This document shows positions 21,101 to 28,747 of a DNA stretch of 64,000 bases, in pieces. How positions within the stretch are numbered: the first letter of the stretch is position 1; the number at the start of each line of letters is the position of its first letter. This DNA is from Candidatus Thalassarchaeaceae archaeon (lineage in GTDB: Archaea; Thermoplasmatota; Poseidoniia; Poseidoniales; Thalassarchaeaceae). Both the position numbers and the translations under genes were made by a program. Where the stretch lies: the NCBI GenBank assembly GCA_023268715.1, contig JALRLV010000001.1:6383-70382 (forward strand), written 5' to 3'. The notes beneath the pieces are model-generated. The model was not told the origin of the DNA and did no database searches. It saw nothing but the letters and a program-made list of their open reading frames with translations.

Positions 21101-21605
21101 AGGAAAGTATAACTCAACAGGCCCTGCTTTGCTTGGAGACGGTGATACCTTCACAATCACTCTCAACATTGCAGACCTTTACTTGGATACTACCGGAAAG
21201 CAGGTCACGGTATATTGGAGAGTTATCGAGGGTGACCGATATGAGTTGAATAACGAATTCACAATCGACTTACTTCCTCGATCAAGTGACCCATGTGCCC
21301 TGAATCCTTCAGATGCTGGTTGTGTGTCAGATAGTGGTGGTACCGATGTAATCATGTTCGCTGCTATCGGAGTTATCATGATTCTGGCAATTGTTGGTGT
21401 AACTCTAGTTCTTAGATCGAGAGGCAAGTCAGATGATAGTCAAGACACCGTCCAACAGTTTGGTGGTGTAGAGCAAATGGACCCAGTCGAAGCATATGTG
21501 CAACAAATGGTCGGCCAAGGCTATGACGAGGCTACTGCGAGGCAATATGCCGAGCAATATTACGCAGCATATTATGCCCAACAAGGGAAAGGCGGCGGCA
21601 ACTGA
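15171..21605 (+). CDS. Giant (~2140 aa) cell-surface protein: FG-GAP/VCBS repeats, two MAM/CARDB-like modules, Ig/PKD-like domains, C-terminal TM
   Basis: Signal peptide; several DxDGDGxxD repeats; duplicated RFxS...GFAxDNI modules; TM helix then cytoplasmic tail. Start uncertain (15171/15189). Confidence 0.85.
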   Translation: MKFGQAMMSLSTNAQSESKEGRVAIFLVMLMLSSTMLSLVPTVSASRITQYAVQRDPSFISIGDIDCDDHNDIVSASSMGHFITALYNDGMGGFGDRQDVFISNNDSFRAGFRDTADGTRVYVADVDGDGVNDVVYYQQNIRFVGGPMVPGNLTVLWGDCDERINNWNPSEAITVSNPYLQDMDVEDIDGDGDADIVMNVVDPTFTNNYINIYKGPDPTQITAQQTIPVPLTTGLYTNLILGHWGEDVLGGGIGGSLGDCEDMDIWLLRSPPYNTGVGFSNGHYDNMTVLEYDCTLGTYPNPLDATANGVHNFKLDAEHNYPLYGIDISDTNDDGEIDLIAAVDGITGNISYATRTGSSWDTQNYVTLGDYLGASITIADVNRDGKMDFFVPTEVTLTRLQDSSAQNQTYLLVDNLREVNTVEIILGNPNGNGYLSSLSFDVGRRPTMAVPGQLAGGENSAYEIAIGQRDRSYRFANSAMWLDTQGWAGAGDFLSVLSLDNEDVGITEVSIAPAAYDPATGAAMIGEGNRFVNLTVKNTGLNPISGSIDVDLEVKEVLDGIDTLVYSNDFEGNIDNANCPSCTIVLKSYTGEYAAGSSSWHKESNASLDSNGSATDDWWEADTNPTTYMWAGMDHNNEDNESGYYNNMDEAFIIENVDLTGADAAYLDLDLFCSAAFFELYLAEQYAVVERWLYEDSCGIEVWSDGNGWEQVFFTGGWDNERYLRLYGFGYDPEYNTYNGNFATNTISPWASYSGENAIDLTRYAGEVIDIRFRFRSGLMGSVGPDGSSQDTGLDGFAFDNISIRKTDVIFGSEEVVSQTLTFSNFAAGATEEVSLTADFIDNRTYYIKTELTNPNGFNNADATNDEVKFQITVKNLFDPGVAEEPWLSLENGLRYASGDRDIEIRVQNYGNTLTDFQLETVVRNALPDLIAIEDFSGLEPIWEDDGNQNGSRLDDTNGDHPMLPQSRGVFNSFAYWLGDPDAGYGDNWDESLTLDPFQVAVGGTDFTYLTFDYFAEGDYLSDSNGNILAIRDAAGLEIEWSKGGEIYRGTVWGSWTDLNENGLRPFQDGSGLGACEDFDNNGRLDEVEYMGDYSDRYESVVWFDSESLVKSVIIDMTHITLLNQTSNDTFEWRAECTDLSGSEVTLTWRFQSNDDGVNGNAGLAGFAVDNIRIDEFTFEDDGTYISDINGLDASERQDVTVATHDFTSGIYRIDSRTLFNNTIQGTSWFNQSEITTANNNTQIIFSIASADITLMEPNVLDCVSDITYKCAYTYDSASQHSFTVPLLNGVIAGEYEVNMKIVDMTTGQTVYEQAADNGPFDLEPHARDFANWTAPYNGWYDGRKYNISFYAILTEDGDPSGNDRFFEIEFHDTVDVAILSNPTDQNRLQRVKQDLESMGMTYTQLSVSDWDRYATENWMSHYEKILLPWQTDYNVEYGEYYETLASTRDSDGLSVTEVLEAYMVNGGTVQIHLGPYRNEYQPNRLPFGMDIAMRNQWNNTVTNEDLVIVDAYHPLMTNVDTAAFAGVHGGSYVALAGLDTAQVQFDQIPQVCGGRISDPTGTFHTLMRSESFDSQSLLSICNRGAGGMIVTTLDVENPSFSQPFGGTSMPLLSNMLGYHVTPYPNNFGIAGDGFDLTVNGEAPSIDTVTGAYATMYIKSNSELDFSFLTSDSSLADSITADWTLQSTDMNESVTGWSGEIIDYGEISHSRQISPSIPALGNFCVGDTSSSTGCRIGAEWLLTLYLHDENGHTRITYIRLVTDDTLADEFRPNADLQLIEDDVTEEFVSLDGTKTVGGVDWPIYRVRLTDSGDISLSFDSSASSDDDAPEGERGIEMFEYRVFFDYPVDSTNPTLEGHTFQVPNAAGGDMWNYVFRNMTSDGTLENQIRLELIVYDRAGKQSDKARIYFIVVGEDFGDDPPVVDITSPRSTDSQSEDLVTINGVVTSGAENGVLIEVALDPSVLDLTPSPKATQKALGKYNSTGPALLGDGDTFTITLNIADLYLDTTGKQVTVYWRVIEGDRYELNNEFTIDLLPRSSDPCALNPSDAGCVSDSGGTDVIMFAAIGVIMILAIVGVTLVLRSRGKSDDSQDTVQQFGGVEQMDPVEAYVQQMVGQGYDEATARQYAEQYYAAYYAQQGKGGGN

Positions 21606-21631
21606 GCAAACCCTCGAAAGGGGGATGCTCA
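21603..21631 (+). terminator. Stem-loop with GAAA tetraloop at the stop of the giant surface protein gene
   Basis: TGAGCA-AA-CCCTC-GAAA-GGGGG-A-TGCTCA. Confidence 0.4.
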
Positions 21632-21670
21632 AAACGCACCTTGAAGGCCTCCTTGCGGCCGCCATGTGTC

Positions 21671-22936
21671 ATGGATACGGGTGACACATACACTGTGGCT
21701 AACCTTTCATTGGCGAAGGCTGGTGGACTGAAAGTAGACTGGGCCCGAAGCAGAATGCCGGCTCTAGCTGCATTGCGGGCCAGGGCCGAGAAAGAACAAC
21801 CACTTGCGGGTCAAAGAATTGCAGGATGCTTGCACGTCACCAAGGAAACTGCCGTGTTGATTGAGACTATCGAAGCCGCGGGTGGCAAAGTCTCTTGGTC
21901 CGGTTGTAATCCTCTTTCTACACAGGATGATGTAGCAGCTTGGCTTGCATCCGAGGGCTATGATGTGCATGCCTGGTATGGCCAAAATACCGAGGAGTTC
22001 TACCAATCTATCGATCGTACTCTGAAGATTAATCCAACTCTCACTCTAGACGATGGTGCTGACCTGATTTATCGTGTACACAGCAAATTTCCAGAGCTAG
22101 CAGAAGGTGTGATTGGTGGTACTGAAGAGACTACCACTGGTGTTCACAGACTCAGAGCAATGGGAGAGGCAGGAGAACTTCTCTATCCAGTCATCGCAGT
22201 TAATGATGCAGCGACCAAGTGGGACTTCGATAACGTACATGGAACAGGACAATCAACACTCGACGGAATTATCCGAGCCACTAGTGTTTTACTCGCAGGC
22301 AAAACATTTGTTGTTGCTGGATACGGACATTGCGGAAAGGGTCTAGCCAATCGTGCCCGTGGTATGGGCGCCAATGTTATTGTCACAGAAGTCGATCCTA
22401 TAGCTGCCTTGAAAGCAGTCATGGACGGATACCGCATCATGCAAATGGATGATGCAGCGAAGATTGGCGACGTATTTTGTACAGCAACAGGGATGAAAGA
22501 CGTCATCATTGGTCGCCATTTTGATATTATGAAAGAAGGAGCAATTGTTTGTAACACCGGTCATTATGATTGCGAAATCAACATTGCAGATCTTGAAGAA
22601 AGGGCCGAGAAAATTTACACGATTAGAGAAGATAACGAAGCCTTCCAACTCAAAGATGGACGTACTATTCATCTGCTTGCCCGTGGAAGGCTGGTTAACC
22701 TAGCCGCAGCAGAAGGCCATCCAAGCGAAGTGATGGACATGTCATTCGCCAATCAATTCCTAGCACTTTGTCGACTAGCTGCTGAGGGCGAGGGGTACGA
22801 TAACATCGTTTACGACATAAGTGCCGAACAAGATAGTGAATTGGCTAGATTAAAACTCACAGCCGAAGGAATTAGCATTGATAGTTTGACAGATGAGCAA
22901 CGAGACTATCTTGAAGATTATTCTGCAGGGACATGA
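21671..22936 (+). CDS. ahcY: Adenosylhomocysteinase
   Basis: GCLHVTKET, CNPLSTQD, LDDGADL, EETTTG, KWDFDNVHGTGQS, GYGHCGKG, GHPSEVMDMSF. Confidence 0.98.
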   Translation: MDTGDTYTVANLSLAKAGGLKVDWARSRMPALAALRARAEKEQPLAGQRIAGCLHVTKETAVLIETIEAAGGKVSWSGCNPLSTQDDVAAWLASEGYDVHAWYGQNTEEFYQSIDRTLKINPTLTLDDGADLIYRVHSKFPELAEGVIGGTEETTTGVHRLRAMGEAGELLYPVIAVNDAATKWDFDNVHGTGQSTLDGIIRATSVLLAGKTFVVAGYGHCGKGLANRARGMGANVIVTEVDPIAALKAVMDGYRIMQMDDAAKIGDVFCTATGMKDVIIGRHFDIMKEGAIVCNTGHYDCEINIADLEERAEKIYTIREDNEAFQLKDGRTIHLLARGRLVNLAAAEGHPSEVMDMSFANQFLALCRLAAEGEGYDNIVYDISAEQDSELARLKLTAEGISIDSLTDEQRDYLEDYSAGT

Positions 22937-22960
22937 GATAATTCAGATTTTTTCGTTTGA

Positions 22961-23977
22961 TTACTCATCCTCTTTCCACCAATTTTCTGTGTTAGAAAAA
23001 TCCGGTAGATTGGGTTTCCACTTTTGAGCAATCATTTCATCTGATTCAATAATTTTTGAATGTCTATATTGGAATGCATTAGTTCGTTTTCCAATCGTAT
23101 AATTGTAGAGTTTACTACCGCGAATTTCAGCAGGCACACAGACCTTTCCAGAAGTAGCCTCCACATCAATCGCTCTCTCTAGGTCAAGGGCATGTCGATT
23201 GAGTCTGTGGAGTAATCCAGCTGCAGCCCTACTCACTCCCATAAATAGTGCAAGAATAATTACGAACACCAAGATGAAGCCAAATTGACTCCCCCCAAGT
23301 AAAGTCATGGCTACAGTCCCTATCAAGAATACAATCGGTGCTACAAAAGTAAACAAGAAGAAAGTCTCTGAAAGGGGTTTCCTAGTTTTCATCCGCCCGA
23401 TTATTTCCCATCTAGGATGCTTCGGATTCTGAGGTCTGAAAATTTCCTCCTTCTCCATTTTGGCCGCCTTGTCAACCATCTGCCTAACTCGATCCATATT
23501 CATCAGTTGCTGCCTGTCTGGTTGTTCCATTTCTGTTTCGAACATTATTTCCAACAATTCACTAGCTTCAGAATACATCCCGAGCCGTACAAGAATGGCG
23601 ATTTGTTCGATAAGTGGTGTGACATCGTTCGGGTCAATCTGCCTTCTTTGCTGCCACCATCCTAGGGCTTCCTCTAGCATACCTAGATGGTCAACCAGAA
23701 GATTTCCTCCCATTGCCCATGATTCTGCGTCCTCTGGTTCTAACCTCACGACATTTTGTAATGCGGCATAAGCACTAGCAGCTTGTGGTAGAGTAGGCAT
23801 ATCTTGCACGCCTCTCCTTGCGGCTGGTAGAACCATCCTTGCGGTCATTTTCCAAGCGGCCGCATGGTTGGGCTCCATACGGGTAATTTGGCCACATAAA
23901 TTGAGGGCTTCTTCCCTCTCACCAGACTCTTCTAGCTCGAGAACTTCTTCCCAGAGCATATCCGCCTTGTTCGCCAT
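22961..23977 (-). CDS. TPR-repeat membrane protein
   Basis: Helical TPR-like repeats (EPNHAAAW, EPEDAESW, DPND), then two TM helices. Confidence 0.75.
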   Translation of the reverse strand: MANKADMLWEEVLELEESGEREEALNLCGQITRMEPNHAAAWKMTARMVLPAARRGVQDMPTLPQAASAYAALQNVVRLEPEDAESWAMGGNLLVDHLGMLEEALGWWQQRRQIDPNDVTPLIEQIAILVRLGMYSEASELLEIMFETEMEQPDRQQLMNMDRVRQMVDKAAKMEKEEIFRPQNPKHPRWEIIGRMKTRKPLSETFFLFTFVAPIVFLIGTVAMTLLGGSQFGFILVFVIILALFMGVSRAAAGLLHRLNRHALDLERAIDVEATSGKVCVPAEIRGSKLYNYTIGKRTNAFQYRHSKIIESDEMIAQKWKPNLPDFSNTENWWKEDE

Positions 23978-24024
23978 GTGGCTTGCTCGGGTTTAGACAA
24001 AATGAATGCTCGGGTGCCCCAAAC

Positions 24025-24774
24025 TCAGCGCCTACCGCTACTTCTTCCCGGCCGATTACCCCGAGGGCCGCCTCGACCAGGGTCTCTGAATCCAGATCTA
24101 CGTGGCTTGCTAGCGCTGCCGGGTGACCGCCCTCTTCCACGACCGGAATGCCCTCCTTGAGGTCTAGAGCCACGGCGTTCATTGCCTCCGCCTCTAGATT
24201 GTGGTTTGCCACCAGAACTAGGCCGATGAGCTTGACAACGATTGCATTTGTCTCTGAAGGCAAAGTTGGAATTGTTACACTTCGGGCAAGTCCAATCTCC
24301 GGATTTTTTGGAATTATTTCCTCCTCGGTCAAATTTTCTTTCAAACTTACTTGCATCATCTCGAGGCCGATCTGCATCACAGCGGTTACACTTCTTTCGG
24401 AAGGCAAAATTGGAGTTATTGCATTTTGGACAATTCCAGTCTCCGCCTTTTTTGTGTTCTTTTCCTCCACTTCGATTATCACGTCGGCCATCTCTCTTCG
24501 AGTATCTATCTCTTCCGTGGCCGCGATTATCTCGTCTTTCTCTTGGAGCTATTTCAACAGGAGAACCGATTGTGTTGGAGTATTCTATTTCGTCAGATAT
24601 TGGATGAATATGAACAAAGGCTCCATCGATAGCTCCAATTACAGAATTCACCTTGCCAATAGGCTTCCCACCGATTATTCGTAAAGTAGCACCTAGCCTT
24701 GGTGCTCGTCCCTCAAAGGCAACGAGGAGACCCCCTTCATGCGACTCTCTGTCGACTGTGCCTGAGAAGCTCAT
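24025..24774 (-). CDS. Gar1/Naf1-like H/ACA RNP protein fused to two RanBP2-type zinc fingers and an RG/RGG-rich tail
   Basis: N-terminal barrel (GTV...LLV...PRLGATL...IGKVNSVIGAIDGAFVHIHP); two GDWxCPKCNNSNFAFRxKCNRC; Arg/Gly-rich C-terminus. Confidence 0.85.
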   Translation of the reverse strand: MSFSGTVDRESHEGGLLVAFEGRAPRLGATLRIIGGKPIGKVNSVIGAIDGAFVHIHPISDEIEYSNTIGSPVEIAPRERRDNRGHGRDRYSKRDGRRDNRSGGKEHKKGGDWNCPKCNNSNFAFRKKCNRCDADRPRDDASKFERKFDRGGNNSKKSGDWTCPKCNNSNFAFRDKCNRCQAHRPSSGGKPQSRGGGNERRGSRPQGGHSGRGRGRSPGSASKPRRSGFRDPGRGGPRGNRPGRSSGRR

Positions 24775-24778
24775 GACC

Positions 24779-26782
24779 TCAGTCGCGTCGGCCCGAGTAT
24801 ATGAGTGCGGCAGATGCCGCAATAATCAGACCGCCTAATCCCATCGAGGGAAGAATTGAGGAGTTTTCCTTTGATGGTTCGGGTTGAGGTTCTGGTTCTG
24901 GATCAACGAACAAGTGAGTATTGTCTACACTACGCTGTTCACTTGAACAAATTCCAGATTCGTCACATGCTTGAACTTCAACGATATGGGCGCCCTCTGA
25001 CCAAATGGAGAAATCAATCTGAGGAGTAGACCACACATTCCCGCTGATTGAAATACTACCAACCGAGGAACCATCAATTATCAGAGTGAAAGAGACCGCC
25101 TCACCATCAGGGTCGGAAAACTGACCGCTCATCGACCATGAATCACCGTCCCATCCTTCGGAATTAACTGTCATTATTGGAGCACTGCTAGCCTTCTGAA
25201 TTCCTAAATCATAAGTCGCTTGCAAAGTATATACTCCATCTCCAGTTACTATTACCGAGACATATGCAGCACCTGGGATGACCCCTACTGTAGCAACTTC
25301 CTGAGTAACTTCAGAGTCTTGAAGTAAAAATGGGCCGGAATAAGTTCCAGCCATTCCAAAACTGGACGTAAATCCAATTTCAACTGACAAATCTGGCCAT
25401 CCTGAGGTTGGAGAGAGAGTGATTGGATGTGGGTCTGATAGGTCAACATTTGTAGTTGATATTTGGAATGGTACTCCAACATTCCAAGTTCTATTTCCGG
25501 AGGATTGGCCGGCACTGTCGATTGCTTCACATGTAACCTCTCCGGCCTGGCCTATTGGGACATCCATGGATAACTCTCGATTTGAGTATGTGATTGCTAA
25601 TCCTGCTTCTCCTCTGCAGTTAACATCGAGACTCGATACTCCCGCTTCATCATCAAACCAATGTTGGACATCGATCCAATCAGCGACGATCTGGGCCCCC
25701 CCGCTCGCCCGAGGGAACCACGCTTCATCAGCTGGGGCATTATCAGTCCAAACAGGTGGTTCGTCCACTGGGATAGGGGCAGTTGTAAAGTCAGCGAACA
25801 AGTCTTCACCTAGAGGCCATTGAGCCATATTCGGGTAGAGGGAGTAAGTCAGGCTCCCATCTTCATTTTCACTAACTCCATGGAAACTAGAACCGTCACC
25901 AACACAACTTCCTCTCAAAGGCGCAACCCCAGCAAAGTCATCGGCGTCAGCTTGCAAGTCCCGTCCTTCACATTCCTCCCACATATCCATACGCAAGCCC
26001 TCAGTTGTGGGGAACGTGATATGATATTCAGCACCACTAATGTTTGAGGCATTGAAGGCTATGGTGAAGTCACTTGGGTTATTCATGCTGGATATTGTCA
26101 TGGTAGCGTTTAGCCAAAGCATCAATCTACATTCATCCTCCCCAATTGATGCATCCAAATCAGTATCGCAATCTCGCTCGTTATCAGGATAGACAGGAAC
26201 TTCGTAGCAATCAGCACTGCTTCCAACACTAGAACATTCTCTCGACTCAGAATGTCTAGGAGGGACAAGATTCCACTCCTCTACCACAACCTCATCTTCC
26301 GTCCAAGAGGTGTTTTTCCAATCTGTTCCTTCGCCGCCTCTGTGAGGGCTACCATCACGCATCCCAATCCTAGTAAGTGTGTATTGAACACATTCGGAAG
26401 CAATGGCACGAACACCCTCTCTTTCATCCGTTGATATCCACTCATCATCTCCACTCGGATAAATTGCAGCAATGTATCGATCCAAACTGTGCCGGACGTC
26501 ATCTGCTAAGGTTCCATTTATCCACGCAACGGCTTGAATTTCTGCAGAATTCCAATCATCATCCACTGTCATTTGAAAAATTGCTTTGCTGTAGTCGAAC
26601 ATATCTTCGAATGTTATCGTACTGCACTGTTCTTCTATCGTAGGACCTCCAGGGCCAAGCTGCTCCCGTTTTTCTTGAGGGTCTTCAAGATGGACATCGA
26701 AATGGTCCAATGGGAGCCACAAAGTCAACAATACAAACATAGTCAACAGAACTGAGATTCTGAGCCTACATTCCCGCTCCAT
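24779..26782 (-). CDS. Secreted, C-terminally anchored acidic protein with Ig-like domains
   Basis: N-terminal hydrophobic segment; DPDGEAV Ig-like motif; PE linker, LPSMG, TM, RRD. Confidence 0.75.
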   Translation of the reverse strand: MERECRLRISVLLTMFVLLTLWLPLDHFDVHLEDPQEKREQLGPGGPTIEEQCSTITFEDMFDYSKAIFQMTVDDDWNSAEIQAVAWINGTLADDVRHSLDRYIAAIYPSGDDEWISTDEREGVRAIASECVQYTLTRIGMRDGSPHRGGEGTDWKNTSWTEDEVVVEEWNLVPPRHSESRECSSVGSSADCYEVPVYPDNERDCDTDLDASIGEDECRLMLWLNATMTISSMNNPSDFTIAFNASNISGAEYHITFPTTEGLRMDMWEECEGRDLQADADDFAGVAPLRGSCVGDGSSFHGVSENEDGSLTYSLYPNMAQWPLGEDLFADFTTAPIPVDEPPVWTDNAPADEAWFPRASGGAQIVADWIDVQHWFDDEAGVSSLDVNCRGEAGLAITYSNRELSMDVPIGQAGEVTCEAIDSAGQSSGNRTWNVGVPFQISTTNVDLSDPHPITLSPTSGWPDLSVEIGFTSSFGMAGTYSGPFLLQDSEVTQEVATVGVIPGAAYVSVIVTGDGVYTLQATYDLGIQKASSAPIMTVNSEGWDGDSWSMSGQFSDPDGEAVSFTLIIDGSSVGSISISGNVWSTPQIDFSIWSEGAHIVEVQACDESGICSSEQRSVDNTHLFVDPEPEPQPEPSKENSSILPSMGLGGLIIAASAALIYSGRRD

Positions 26783-26847
26783 TACAAATCCGAAAAGGAC
26801 CAAGGAAATATTGCTATCGGCGGCATAATTGTGAAAGAAATTGTTAG

Positions 26848-26863
26848 TTTAGGGCCCCCTAAA
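26848..26863. promoter_or_regulatory. Palindromic operator 1, TTTAGGG-CC-CCCTAAA (DtxR/MntR-like box)
   Basis: Perfect 7-bp inverted repeat; near-identical copy 44 bp downstream. Confidence 0.7.
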
Positions 26864-26891
26864 TTAGATAAATAAGAAACGAGTGGGTTAG

Positions 26892-26907
26892 TTTAGGGTG
26901 CCCTAAA
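26892..26907. promoter_or_regulatory. Palindromic operator 2, TTTAGGG-TG-CCCTAAA
   Basis: Perfect 7-bp inverted repeat ending 1 nt before ATG 26909. Confidence 0.7.
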
Positions 26908-26908
26908 G

Positions 26909-27985
26909 ATGGTAGGTAGGACACTGATAGCGAGCACAATTATTGGAATAATCCTGTTTTCAACGTTTGCTGGTTGTCTAACGCCTGAAGAGGATGAAAA
27001 TGTAATAATTATTGCATTCAAAACACAGGATGATTATGACAACCCAGAAGCAAACCCACAATTATTGGCAGATTTTTTGGCTAAAAAATCTGGTTACAAA
27101 TTTGAATTATATCCAATAGGCTCCGACATCGCGGCAATAGAAGCGTTGCGTTTTGGCCATGCTGATATTGCATTCCTAGACGGCGGCTCGGCATGGATTG
27201 CCTGGAAGCAGCACGGACTGGATGCTATTCTTGCTGATCAAAAAGGAGATGGTAGGACTTACTATGATGCCCAAGCATGGGTTCTAAACGATTCTGAAAT
27301 TCAAACACTTGAGGATCTGGAAGGGAAGAATACCTGTCATACTGGTTGGTTAAAATCAGCTGGTATGCTTATGCCAATGGGTTACATGATAAATAACGGA
27401 ATTGTAGAAGTTACAGGAGATGAAAATGATATTTCTTCTTTGAGAACAACAATCGATGCACACTTTGGAAATGCATCAATACCCGAAAAGGGAGATTTGT
27501 ATTACAGTTACAGTGGTGCCTTCCGATGTATGACTGAAGGAGTGGGTGATGTTGCATTTGGTAAATCATCATCCTATGAGGATCATTGTGAAGGTAATGA
27601 TTGGTGCTTAGATAGAGAAAGTTACAGGTCACTAGAGCCCGCCTTCGGACAGGTTCCAAGTCACCCAATCATGGTGAATAAGGAAGAAACGGAACAAGAA
27701 AAAATCGACGTCATAATTTCATCATTTTTAGAAATGAATAACGAAATGTGGGTTGAAAATTATTCCGTAGGTGGAGAAACTTTCACTGGTTGTTACAATA
27801 CTCAAACACATGTTGTGATCGATACCGTTCCTAAGGAGTCCTGTGGGGGAGAACTCCTACAAAACATACTCAATACTCCATCCATTTCTGAGGTAGATAC
27901 GGAAGAACACCTTGGTTCATATAGCGACGCAATAGGAGCGATTCCAGGGATTGCTGCATACTTCGATGACAAGTATAGTTCGTAA
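26909..27985 (+). CDS. ABC substrate-binding lipoprotein of the PhnD/transferrin superfamily; single-lobe transferrin-like
   Basis: Lipobox FAGC; ADIAFLDGG, TYYDAQA, LEGKNTCHTGWLKSAG, YSYSGAFRCMTEGVGDVAFGK, QVPSH collinear with transferrin lobe motifs. Confidence 0.88.
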   Translation: MVGRTLIASTIIGIILFSTFAGCLTPEEDENVIIIAFKTQDDYDNPEANPQLLADFLAKKSGYKFELYPIGSDIAAIEALRFGHADIAFLDGGSAWIAWKQHGLDAILADQKGDGRTYYDAQAWVLNDSEIQTLEDLEGKNTCHTGWLKSAGMLMPMGYMINNGIVEVTGDENDISSLRTTIDAHFGNASIPEKGDLYYSYSGAFRCMTEGVGDVAFGKSSSYEDHCEGNDWCLDRESYRSLEPAFGQVPSHPIMVNKEETEQEKIDVIISSFLEMNNEMWVENYSVGGETFTGCYNTQTHVVIDTVPKESCGGELLQNILNTPSISEVDTEEHLGSYSDAIGAIPGIAAYFDDKYSS

Positions 27986-28012
27986 GTCGGAGATTCAAGG
28001 GTAGGGGATGAA

Positions 28013-28747
28013 ATGAACACTCAACCTCCAGTCCGCCTAAAATTGGAAGATGCGGCTATTGGTTTCGACCAAGACTCCCCACTTCTGGAATCTGTTGATT
28101 TAGAAATTAGAGCAGGAGAAATCGTTGGTTTGACCGGCAGGTCAGGAATCGGTAAGACGACTCTATTGCGAACTGCTGCAGGCTTGGTCAGTCCACTTTC
28201 AGGCTCAATCGTATGCTGTTGTACAGCAGACACAAGAGCCCAGAAAGGTGCAATTGGGCTAATTCCCCAGCGACTCGGTTTGGTTCAACATCAAACCGTT
28301 GGTTACAATGTACTCATGGGGGCTTTAGCGGGAGCAAACTTTCTCCAAACCGCTCTATCTCTTCCGAGTAAGAAAATGAGGGAAGAAACTCGTTCTGTAA
28401 TCGAAGAGGTTGGTTTGGCAGACAAAACTCTAGAATCTGTAAATCGTTTATCCGGGGGCCAACAGAGGAGGGTTGCAATTGCTAGAGCAATGTTGCAAGA
28501 GCCAGAATTACTTCTTGCAGATGAGTGCCTGGGTGAATTGGATGCAGAAACTGCGAGGGGCATTATCGATTTATTTCGACACATGGCAGATGACCACAAT
28601 ATGGCGATTCTAATAGTCGACCACAATCCAGTTCGAGCCAAAACTTTCTGTGATCGAGTGTACCAATTGAGGGGACGGAGATTAATACCATTCGAGGAGG
28701 AGGAACCATCTTCAGTGCTTCCGATTATTGGGGAGGCTTCCGCTTGA
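28013..28747 (+). CDS. ABC transporter ATP-binding protein (PhnC-like)
   Basis: GRSGIGKT, LSGGQQRRVAIARA, LLLADE, H-loop. Confidence 0.92.
   Translation: MNTQPPVRLKLEDAAIGFDQDSPLLESVDLEIRAGEIVGLTGRSGIGKTTLLRTAAGLVSPLSGSIVCCCTADTRAQKGAIGLIPQRLGLVQHQTVGYNVLMGALAGANFLQTALSLPSKKMREETRSVIEEVGLADKTLESVNRLSGGQQRRVAIARAMLQEPELLLADECLGELDAETARGIIDLFRHMADDHNMAILIVDHNPVRAKTFCDRVYQLRGRRLIPFEEEEPSSVLPIIGEASA

Noticed and set aside
21603..21670. SAH/SAM riboswitch upstream of ahcY
   Set aside because: Only a simple hairpin lacking the SAH aptamer core as I know it, and it lies upstream of the likely ahcY promoter element
23919..24684. Overlapping ORFs of 190, 178 and 121 aa around the Gar1-zinc-finger gene
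   Set aside because: Shadow frames of repetitive, Arg/Gly-rich coding DNA with no recognisable motifs
26909..27985. Default call as phosphonate-binding PhnD
   Set aside because: No STSG-type phosphonate loop and no C-P lyase or phosphite oxidation genes nearby; transferrin iron ligands and metal-box-like operators are present instead
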